Source: Candidatus Binatia bacterium (GTDB lineage: Bacteria; Desulfobacterota; Binatia; Bin18). Taken from it: 64,000 bases of DNA. Below the pieces are notes generated by a model. That model saw only the letters and a list, made by a program, of their open reading frames with translations, did no database searches and had not been told where the DNA came from. The stretch is taken from assembly GCA_963666315.2 (NCBI GenBank), contig CAXXHG010000024.1, forward strand, positions 32,001 through 96,000. The letters run 5' to 3'. Positions 56,511-64,000 of this stretch are shown here, one piece after another (the first letter of the stretch is position 1; each line of letters begins with the position of its first letter). A program made the translations under genes and the position numbers.

Positions 56511-57159
56511 TTACGACCCCGACGCGGCAACCTGCCACTCTTTGAGTTTGAGAACAACGCGGTCTTTAAGGGTTGGATGGATGCTGAAGCTGCCTTCAAC
56601 ATGTGGAAACGTTTCATTCCGCATAACCACACCTACGCCGGGTGCATAATGCGTAACGATGGTGACCGTCTCGCTGGTATTTTTATACGTGATTTCGACA
56701 CAGTGTTGAAATGTTCCGGCAGGAACTATGAGCTTTTTATCTATAGCCGTTACCCCAAAATGTCCCTCTTTATTCCGCCAGGTTGCTCCAGCCGGTGAGG
56801 GCGATTTGAGGATAAATGGGAACTTGGGGATGGTGTTGTCTAGGAGGTCGGGTTCGTACATGGAACGCCGGATCCCGCTCGGGGTCGGGACAAAGAACAA
56901 CTCAAAGCCGTTTCCCCCCAGGGAGCCTGGTATCACGCGTACGACCAACGCGTCCTCCTCCTCTCGGAGTACTTCCCAGGATTCATCCGTGACTCTATCA
57001 TCCGGATATTCAGTGGACTCGTAGACCCAGCGATTGCCGACAGTAAGTGGAAAATATTGAGCTGCCCGAGTCTTCCATTCCCGACGCAGGGCTAGCGATG
57101 AGCACGCCGCCGAGTGCAATCAGGGCCAAAGAAAAACTGAGACAAGACCTACGTTTCAT
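56511..57159 (-). CDS. Secreted beta-rich hypothetical protein; signal peptide out of frame (~57065)
   Basis: 'YFPLTVGNRWVY', 'VPAGTF', 'YAPGVGVV'; the 'MKRRSCLSFSLALIALGG' leader is in a different frame. Confidence 0.65.
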
Positions 57160-57372
57160 AATGGAATCCCTCCGGACGGAATAATTCTCTTTGATAGATG
57201 CTCGTCCCAGGAAAAGCGTTACCCAAAAAGGAGGACGGTATGTGATCGTTCGTGAATGTCGGTGAAACTGCGTGAACCGCTGGGCGAGGTACCCTCGCCC
57301 CTACAAGGTGAAGATGCCAAGATGCGAACATGCATGCCGAGATTGCCAAGATTATATACATCCGCGCTGCCG

Positions 57373-57817
57373 TTAATGGGCCGCTTTTTTCTTCTTCTTG
57401 CTTTTGCGTTTGGCCGGCGTGAGTAGCGAGACATAACTGATACCGTCTCTATTGTCCGCAGTCGTCGGCAGATTGGCCGCCTTCCAGCCAGGCATTGCCG
57501 GCTTCCATAATACTGACGTTGGTATAGCCTGCAGCAGTCAGCTTCTCCGCGGCTTGTTTCGCCCGCGGACCCTTTTCGCAACCGACGATCAGTGCGGTCT
57601 CTTTGGGACAGACGTCGTCCATAACCAGGTCAAAACTCTCATTCCGAAAGACTTCGTCCGTTGTAGGATGAAAGAACACAATGGGGACGTTGATCGTTTT
57701 GCCTTTTGGGTGGCCCTGGACGAATTCGGCCACGGTGCGCACATCGACATAGGTCACCGCAGAGTCATTATTCAGGCGCTCAAACGCTTCTTGTGGGGTG
57801 AGGGTCGCGAGACTCAT
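57373..57817 (-). CDS. Rhodanese-like protein with an apparent frameshift near 57495
   Basis: 'YVDVRT..EF..GHP', loop 'CEKGPR'; the tail 'GMPGWKAANLP' is in a shifted frame. Confidence 0.8.
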
Positions 57818-57828
57818 GCGACAGCTCC

Positions 57829-58095
57829 TTACGCGGTTGGAAATTCCGGTGGGTCAAACTCACGGACAAATGGAGGAATAATGCGGCACCGTTCTCGTCC
57901 GTCTTTCGGTGCTGTGCCGGTCAGCGTGTACTCAATCCCAGCGTCTATTTCTCCACTACTCTCGCCGATACTGACTTCTTCTAGGTGATGATGCACGATT
58001 TTCCCGTTGGGCGACAGCGCAAAGATACACTCCAAGACCTTCCGGGCCGGCAGGCGGCCGTATTCAGAGTGGACCAGAGTTTCACGTTTTTTCAT
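57829..58095 (-). CDS. Hypothetical protein
   Basis: Co-oriented with the rhodanese gene and ends just before its RBS. Confidence 0.55.
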   Translation of the reverse strand: MKKRETLVHSEYGRLPARKVLECIFALSPNGKIVHHHLEEVSIGESSGEIDAGIEYTLTGTAPKDGRERCRIIPPFVREFDPPEFPTA

Positions 58096-58223
58096 GCCTG
58101 TTCCCATCCCCGGCCAGGGTACACACCGGCGCGCAATGATCCCATGTACTTACGGGGTTTTGTCTTGACAGGCAAACGACATCAGGCATAGCATCGCAAG
58201 CAACGAGGAGGGACCGCATTACT

Positions 58224-58874
58224 ATGCCTGATGTCAGACAGAAAGAACTCGTGAATGGGGAGGTCTGGTACCAGCCCGGAGACGAGGTGCCGAATGTTCC
58301 GACCAAGCTCTTCGCACTCCAAAATCTGTGCACCGATTGCAAGATGTGCGAGATCGCATGTTCTCTGATCCACTCACCCGATGGCATGCTGAACCCGGTC
58401 TGGACACGTATTAAAATCGACCACGCGCCCCAGGTCTCTCGGGTGTCAAAAGACGGCTTCGGATTCATGCCCGCGCTATGTCATCACTGCGCTAATCCGC
58501 CTCCGTGCGCCGAAGTCTGTCCGACGGATGCGTTCTATTATGATCCGAAAACACAAGCCGCAGTGATAGACCAGGATAAATGCATTCAGTGTATGGAATG
58601 CGTCCCCGGCTGTCCGTTTGACACCGTCTTTGTTGCTCCGACCGGTGAGCTGCTCAAGTGTGATCTATGCGGCGGCGACCCGGTTTGTGTGAAAGCCTGC
58701 TCCACCCGGCCTGAGATGTTAAATAAGGGTAAACAGTATTCTCGACTGCCCGTTCTCTTTTATGAAGATAAGGCCGCGTTCGGAAAAATCTTACGCCAGA
58801 AGCCGGAAGCGCGGGACGAAGTCGGCCTCATGCAGGCGATGTTATCAAAAGGAAAAGTGAGCTCAGCGGCGTAG
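58224..58874 (+). CDS. 4Fe-4S ferredoxin-type electron-transfer subunit (AorA/DmsB-like)
   Basis: 'CTDCKMCEIAC', 'CHHC..PPCAEVCP', 'CIQCMECVPGCP', 'KCDLC..DP.CVKAC'. Confidence 0.93.
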   Translation: MPDVRQKELVNGEVWYQPGDEVPNVPTKLFALQNLCTDCKMCEIACSLIHSPDGMLNPVWTRIKIDHAPQVSRVSKDGFGFMPALCHHCANPPPCAEVCPTDAFYYDPKTQAAVIDQDKCIQCMECVPGCPFDTVFVAPTGELLKCDLCGGDPVCVKACSTRPEMLNKGKQYSRLPVLFYEDKAAFGKILRQKPEARDEVGLMQAMLSKGKVSSAA

Positions 58875-58951
58875 CAACGTGGGCGCCTGTGGAGTGGATT
58901 ACCGAAGACGTCTGTGGAGCGGAACACAGGGAAGACAAAGGAGCCGCCATC

Positions 58952-60979
58952 ATGGAAAGTGGATTATTACGGGTAGATCTATCAACGGGAGAAATTAAAC
59001 GCGAAATACTTCCGCATTCCATGTTCGAACGCTGGGTGGGCGGCTCAGGCATTAATGATTGGCTGTTGTGGGAGCATTTCCTCAAGCATGACATCACGTG
59101 CGATGCGCGTAGTCCGGACAACGTGCTCATCTTCGGTGTGGGTCCCCTGGCTGGTGTGGGCTCAGGAATCGGAGTCAAAGGTCGGCTGACGTTTAAAAGC
59201 CCGTGTTACGGGTCTTTTGGCGACTCGACCGGGGGTGGCAAATTTCCGTATATAGTCCGCTTTAGCGGCTATGACTATATCGTTGTGACCGGCAAGGCGC
59301 CCCGACCCGTGTATATTCATATTTGCAATTCAGAAGTGACTATCTGTGACGCGACGCATCTGTGGGGCAAGGACAGCACCCAAACGCATGAAGCCCTGAA
59401 AAAAGAATTAGGCGATTATCCGTCAGAAGCGTATACGCTCTCGATAGGCCAGGCGGGTGAAAATCAGGTTGGTATCGCCGGGGTGATCTCTGACGGCTGG
59501 CGCATTCATGCCCGCTGCGGCGGCGGCGCTGTCATGGGTTCAAAGAACCTCAAAGCCATTGTTACCCAAGGTACGCAGGGCATTAAGATTGATAACCCAG
59601 CGGGTCTGCTCGAATGGTCGGATGACTTTCGCCAGAAGCTCGACGCGAACGAAGCCGCTTACGGCTTTAAGCGCCGCGGCACGCTGGGTGCAGTCGAGAT
59701 GTACCAAAAGATCGGCGGCAATTTCTGGCGCAATAACCAAGGGGCGATGTTTCGTGGTGACGAAGTGAACTCCGACAACTGGGTTAAAAAATATCATAAA
59801 TACTCGGAGGTGTGTTCGTCCGACTGCTATATCGCCTGTGACGGGCGCTATAAGATCGAAGGCCATGAATCAGACAAGGCCCAAAAGTATATTGGCGAGT
59901 CTTTTCGCCATCCGGAATATCTGACGACGGGCAGTAGCGCTGGTGCCTTGGATGTCCGCGACTGGGCAGAGGTCGCCCATTGGGGCAAGATTACCAACGA
60001 ATACGGCATCGATAATCAGGATTTAAGCTGCTCGATTAGTTTCCTCATGGAGCTCAAACAGCGTGATATTATTTCTGATCGCGATGTGGAAGAGCTGTTC
60101 GGTAAACCCCAGAGTTTGGAATGGGGCAACATGGAAGACATCGAAGCCCTGGTTGAAGATGTGGTCTATCAGAAAAATCCTTTTGGCTGGTTGTTCCGGG
60201 ATGGGGCCTATCATGGCGCCCTGCGCTATTCGGAACAAAAGGGCCAGAATTTTATGAAGTATGCCATGTATGGCAAGGGCGGTGCGAGTTTTACCGAAGA
60301 GATGCGGGCTTTCCCGACCTGGATGAACAATATGGCCGTGGCTTCGCGTGGTGCCGACCACCTGAAGGGCATCGGCCTTATCGAGAAATTTCAACGCAGA
60401 GATTTGTCCAAGGCCTACTTCAACGGCCGGACGGAAGCTGCCGATCCGACGATACCGGATCTCAAAGGAGCCAGTTCGGCTGTCCTGGAAAATCAGGTAG
60501 CGCTGCTTAATTCCTACGGAGTATGCCTGTTCCACTGGCTGCTCGATCCGCTCAGTTATGCGCCGGAGAGCTATTACGGTGAGGTGTATGCGGCAGTGAC
60601 CGGCATTGATCGGACCAAGGAAGAACGCATGCTGGACGGCGAGCGCATTTGCAATCTCGAAAAGGCATTTAACTCGCGCATAGGGATGCGGCGTGAGCAC
60701 GATACGATCTGCGAGCGCTGGATGCATGAACCATGTCCCGAAGGACCGTACAAAGGCCGTGTAGCTGGCGACATGTTTGAGCAAGTCCTGGACGAATATT
60801 ATGAGTGGCGTGGCTGGGACAAGGACACTGGTCTGCAAACGCGTAAAAAAATGGAAGAGCTAGGCCTGGAAGATGTTGCCGACGTGCTGGCAGCCGACAA
60901 TGCCATGGCAGGCGAAAGCCGCAGCAGTCGAGCGGTGCACGTCAAGGTCAACGTCTCTGATGTCGGTATTCCAGATTGA
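58952..60979 (+). CDS. Tungsten aldehyde:ferredoxin oxidoreductase-family protein
   Basis: 'LRVDLS', 'KSP', 'IGQAGEN', 'GAVMGSKNLKAI', 'CSSDCYIAC', 'RGADH', 'YYEWRGWD'. Confidence 0.93.
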   Translation: MESGLLRVDLSTGEIKREILPHSMFERWVGGSGINDWLLWEHFLKHDITCDARSPDNVLIFGVGPLAGVGSGIGVKGRLTFKSPCYGSFGDSTGGGKFPYIVRFSGYDYIVVTGKAPRPVYIHICNSEVTICDATHLWGKDSTQTHEALKKELGDYPSEAYTLSIGQAGENQVGIAGVISDGWRIHARCGGGAVMGSKNLKAIVTQGTQGIKIDNPAGLLEWSDDFRQKLDANEAAYGFKRRGTLGAVEMYQKIGGNFWRNNQGAMFRGDEVNSDNWVKKYHKYSEVCSSDCYIACDGRYKIEGHESDKAQKYIGESFRHPEYLTTGSSAGALDVRDWAEVAHWGKITNEYGIDNQDLSCSISFLMELKQRDIISDRDVEELFGKPQSLEWGNMEDIEALVEDVVYQKNPFGWLFRDGAYHGALRYSEQKGQNFMKYAMYGKGGASFTEEMRAFPTWMNNMAVASRGADHLKGIGLIEKFQRRDLSKAYFNGRTEAADPTIPDLKGASSAVLENQVALLNSYGVCLFHWLLDPLSYAPESYYGEVYAAVTGIDRTKEERMLDGERICNLEKAFNSRIGMRREHDTICERWMHEPCPEGPYKGRVAGDMFEQVLDEYYEWRGWDKDTGLQTRKKMEELGLEDVADVLAADNAMAGESRSSRAVHVKVNVSDVGIPD

Positions 60980-60996
60980 TGTCGGTATTCCAGATT
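60958..60996 (+). repeat. 19-bp perfect tandem duplication across the AOR stop codon
   Basis: TGATGTCGGTATTCCAGAT x2. Confidence 0.9.
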
Positions 60997-61013
60997 AAGG
61001 AAAGGACACCAAC

Positions 61014-61295
61014 GTGATTACAGTCCAAGCTGAGTATATGGCTCGTTTTAAAGAGATTACGCAGGTCACGCGCGAGACCATCCAACTGGAGCAGCCCAGC
61101 ATGGCGGAGCTGGCGCAGATCCTGACGACCAAATATGGTTCGGTGATGGAGGCGTTGCTGATTGATCCGAATACGAAAGACCTGAACACCAATGGCACTC
61201 TGTTTATGGATTCAACCGGACGCCGCTTGTTTATTGAGGATAGCTTGGCAGATGGTGAAACCGTCTCCTTCATGGTTGGTATAGCCGGGGGCTAG
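61014..61295 (+). CDS. MoaD/ThiS sulfur carrier
   Basis: Ubiquitin-like size with C-terminal 'IAGG'. Confidence 0.88.
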   Translation: MITVQAEYMARFKEITQVTRETIQLEQPSMAELAQILTTKYGSVMEALLIDPNTKDLNTNGTLFMDSTGRRLFIEDSLADGETVSFMVGIAGG

Positions 61296-61334
61296 ACGAC
61301 TCCTCAGGAGGGGCACCCGTCTGGTTTCGGGTGT

Positions 61335-61362
61335 GTAGGGGCGCAGCTTGCTGCGCCCCTAC
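61335..61362. repeat. GTAG-type REP palindrome
   Basis: GTAGGGGCGCAGC-TT-GCTGCGCCCCTAC, perfect inverted repeat. Confidence 0.8.
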
Positions 61363-61395
61363 GTTGTTGTGCCGTATGAAAAAAGTGTAACGAAT

Positions 61396-62814
61396 ATGTC
61401 CGAACCCATCCCCGAAATAGACTGCGACGTTGTGGTCATAGGCGGTGGTATTGCCGGTCTCTCGACTGCTGTCAGCGCACTGAACGAAGGTGCTGAGGTC
61501 ATCTTGCTCGAAAAGGCCCCCAAGCTCCAACGCGGTGGCAATTCGGCCATTGCTGACGCCCAAATTCGGTATCCGCATGAACCCGACGGATACTGCCCGA
61601 CTCGACAAACCAAAGAAGACTTTTTTAACGCCTTTATGCGGATGTCGCGCGGTCGGGCGAATAAAGAACTCATTCAGGTTGTTGTCGATAACGCGGCTGA
61701 CGCGGTCGATTGGCTGACCGAGATGGGCATCGAATGGGAGAAGGGCTATCCCAATGTTGCGGGCTATCGCCGTCAACCGGTTGGCGGTGGCTGGCAGTTG
61801 GTGGATACGCTGTACAAGCATATTGAGCGGGCTGGGGTGCATATTGCCTACGAGACCGCTGCTGAGAAGCTCTTGACGGATCGTAGCGGGCGCGTAGTCG
61901 GGGTACGTGTGCTTGAACCCGATGGGTACACGGACATCAAATCCCGAGGCGGCGTTGTCATTGCCTGCGGTGGCTTCGAAGCCAACGTGGAAATGCGCGT
62001 ACGGTATCTAGGCCGTCATATGGATGGACTCATTCTTCGCGGCAGTCGTTATAACACAGGGGATGGTCTGCGGATGGCCTTAGAAATTGGGGCCATGCCT
62101 GCAGGCCAATGGGGAGATTTTCATTCAGCTGTGATTGATGCCCGCTCCACGCCGTTCGAATGTGGTGTGACTGCAATCTATATCTTTCAGCTGGGCTTAT
62201 TCCTTGATGAAGACGGCGAGCGCTTTATGAACGAAGGCGAAGACTTTCGTGATCAAACCTATGTCAAATTCAGTAAGACGATCATGGCCCATAAGAGCGG
62301 CGTCGCGTTTAATGTGTTTGACAATAAGCCACGCGCCGAAGATCCAGAAGCATGGAAGCGGGCGATTCGAACAAAAGAGGACGCGTTTGAAGCCCCGAGC
62401 ATTCGTGAGTTAGCCGCGTGTATCGAAGTCCCAGCTGACCGCATGGAACGAACGATAGAAGAGTATAACGCTGCCTGCCAAACCGGGACATTTGATCCGC
62501 TCAAACTCGACGGCCTGGCCACGCAAGGACTCGCCGTCGACAAAACCAACTGGGCCCGTCCGCTCGACAGCCCACCGTATCTTGCCTATCCCGTGACCGG
62601 CGGAATCACCTTTACCTTCGGCGGTCTCAAGTCCGATTCGAAAGCCGAGGTCATCCACTCCACAGGCCGTATTATTCCCGGTCTGTATGTCGCTGGTGAA
62701 CCTATGGGCGAGCTGTATTACTACAACTACATGGGCGCGACGTCTGTTTTACGAGGCGTGGTATTTGGGCGGATAGCGGGCAGAGAGGCGGCCAAGCCGA
62801 GTCGGGAAGAGTGA
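61396..62814 (+). CDS. FAD-dependent oxidoreductase, TcuA/fumarate-reductase flavoprotein family
   Basis: 'VIGGGIAG', 'RGGNS', 'ACGGFEAN', 'NTGDG', 'ITFTFGGL', 'GLYVAGE'. Confidence 0.88.
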   Translation: MSEPIPEIDCDVVVIGGGIAGLSTAVSALNEGAEVILLEKAPKLQRGGNSAIADAQIRYPHEPDGYCPTRQTKEDFFNAFMRMSRGRANKELIQVVVDNAADAVDWLTEMGIEWEKGYPNVAGYRRQPVGGGWQLVDTLYKHIERAGVHIAYETAAEKLLTDRSGRVVGVRVLEPDGYTDIKSRGGVVIACGGFEANVEMRVRYLGRHMDGLILRGSRYNTGDGLRMALEIGAMPAGQWGDFHSAVIDARSTPFECGVTAIYIFQLGLFLDEDGERFMNEGEDFRDQTYVKFSKTIMAHKSGVAFNVFDNKPRAEDPEAWKRAIRTKEDAFEAPSIRELAACIEVPADRMERTIEEYNAACQTGTFDPLKLDGLATQGLAVDKTNWARPLDSPPYLAYPVTGGITFTFGGLKSDSKAEVIHSTGRIIPGLYVAGEPMGELYYYNYMGATSVLRGVVFGRIAGREAAKPSREE

Positions 62815-63065
62815 AGTTGGTTACTCACATCTATCCGGAGAACCCCGTAAAAAATAAGTGGAAATACGAAATTATTCTTTGCTGGAGTGACGAGGACCAA
62901 GCCTATATTGCTGAGGTGCCAGAGTTGCCAGGCTGCATAGCAGATGGACTGACTTATCAAAGAGCTCTCGCTAACGTTGAAGTAATTATCCACGAATGGA
63001 TCGAAACGGCTAAAGAATTGAATCGGTCAGTCCCGGAACCAAAGGGTCGGCTCATGTACGCCTAG
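62811..63065 (+). CDS. HicB-family antitoxin (orphan)
   Basis: 'WSDEDQAYIAEVPELPGC.ADG.T', 'VPEPKGRL'; no hicA adjacent; start uncertain. Confidence 0.8.
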   Translation: MKLVTHIYPENPVKNKWKYEIILCWSDEDQAYIAEVPELPGCIADGLTYQRALANVEVIIHEWIETAKELNRSVPEPKGRLMYA

Positions 63066-63098
63066 CATCGTCAGAAAATCGTGCGGTCCTGCTAACCC

Positions 63099-63551
63099 TC
63101 ACTCATAATCCGCCCCAGGATTAAACCCGGCGTCTTTGGCTAACACGCCTTTACCTGGAACGTGATTCACCTCGATCCGGCTGCCGTCCGGGTCTTCAAA
63201 CAAGACAGAGTAATATCCCGGTGCCCAAGGGCCTTCTTCGGGTGGGGTGATGATTTTTGCACCCATCTCTTGGAGCAGGCTGTAGATCTGGTCGACATCT
63301 GCTGTGGAACGTGCGCGAAAACAGAAATGGTGTAGACCGACGCGAGTCTGGATAAAGCGCTCGTCTTGATGCTCAGGGGCGCAGCGCCGTATGCCAACGG
63401 CCGTCCGGGCGCCTACGTGGTAGCACATGTCTTTACCGTCAAAGACCAGCTTTAAGCCCAGAAACGGCAAGAGCTTCTTATAGAACTTCTGGCATTCTTC
63501 GAACTGACTGACGGTCAGAATAATATGCGCAATGCCGTTCACTTCGACCAT
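63099..63551 (-). CDS. VOC/glyoxalase-family protein
   Basis: 'GIAHIIL', 'GLHHFCF', 'YYSVLFEDPDG.RIE'. Confidence 0.9.
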   Translation of the reverse strand: MVEVNGIAHIILTVSQFEECQKFYKKLLPFLGLKLVFDGKDMCYHVGARTAVGIRRCAPEHQDERFIQTRVGLHHFCFRARSTADVDQIYSLLQEMGAKIITPPEEGPWAPGYYSVLFEDPDGSRIEVNHVPGKGVLAKDAGFNPGADYE

Positions 63552-63739
63552 GCTGATTTCTCCTCTAATCTCGTTAGGGCTCGCTGGAATTCTTGCGTCG
63601 TGACCTGAAAGCGTTGGAACAAGCGTCTTGCGTCAATCAGGTCATGCGACTGGCGCAGTAAGTGTTGGGCCAACCGTTCGGCAGGGTCATCATCCTGCGT
63701 GCCCGAGGCTGATACAGGCTGGTCAGGGTCTGACATCAA
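63539..63739 (-). CDS. Small hypothetical protein
   Basis: Overlaps the VOC start region; helical composition. Confidence 0.4.
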   Translation of the reverse strand: MMSDPDQPVSASGTQDDDPAERLAQHLLRQSHDLIDARRLFQRFQVTTQEFQRALTRLEEKSAWSK

Positions 63740-63895
63740 TGTTTCTCCTTCTTTTATTTTTTCTTGTCATAGGATGTACTTATATCATCAGAATCGGAAG
63801 TCCCCTGCGCTGCTTACAGCTGCAAAAGGTTGATTTTTGAAGTTTTGCGGGCCTAGTCGTCCGCCAATGTGGCGCCTGCGTTAGTCTGTGGAATC

Positions 63896-64000
63896 TCAGG
63901 GGGCCTTGAGGCCGAACACCTCTGCGGTGTGCTCTCCCAGCTTGGGTGCGGGTGACCGAAAATTCGGCCGTTTGCCGTCTATCGAAAAGGGTAAAGCCAT
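63896..64000 (-). CDS. C-terminus of a family III (CaiB/BaiF) CoA-transferase, partial
   Basis: 'LPFSIDGKRP...APKLGEHTAEVF' then stop. Confidence 0.7.
   Translation of the reverse strand: MALPFSIDGKRPNFRSPAPKLGEHTAEVFGLKAP

Overview
Bacterial chromosomal window of moderately high GC. The gene repertoire (luciferase-like monooxygenases, hopanoid-tailoring genes, a copper membrane monooxygenase and a selenocysteine peroxiredoxin) suggests an uncultured deltaproteobacteria-like lineage such as Ca. Binatota; this is inference only. The main feature is a ~10 kb plus-strand cluster at 1.8-12.0 kb: esterase-like lipoprotein, pmoD-like-1, xmoC, xmoA, an extra small membrane ORF, xmoB, pmoD-like-2, a membrane-anchored two-domain multicopper oxidase, a membrane-anchored cupredoxin and a PQQ alcohol dehydrogenase with the lanthanide-type D-x-D motif. 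The monooxygenase (CuMMO) keeps the CuB, CuC and CuD ligands but has replaced most polar residues of the PmoA/PmoC pocket and the PmoB bis-His site. An array of Fur-box-like palindromes precedes pmoD-like-1, and the cluster sits next to a decayed integrase/NACHT/RHS island. The ORF track misses a selenocysteine (UGA plus SECIS-like hairpin) BCP peroxiredoxin at 20194-20637. The rest holds housekeeping genes (adk, ppiD, mreBCD-mrdA-rodA, trxA, hpnA/B/G-like, nrdJ with an NrdR box, dciA-like, gor) and several toxin-antitoxin modules, two of them each preceded by a ~190-bp repeat with an antisense promoter. It also has a solA-DUF917-hydantoinase cluster, a CoxMSL-like Mo-hydroxylase, a tungsten AOR-family operon, REP-like palindromes, many short tandem duplications and several single-base frameshifts that may be assembly errors. 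No rRNA, tRNA or CRISPR array was seen.
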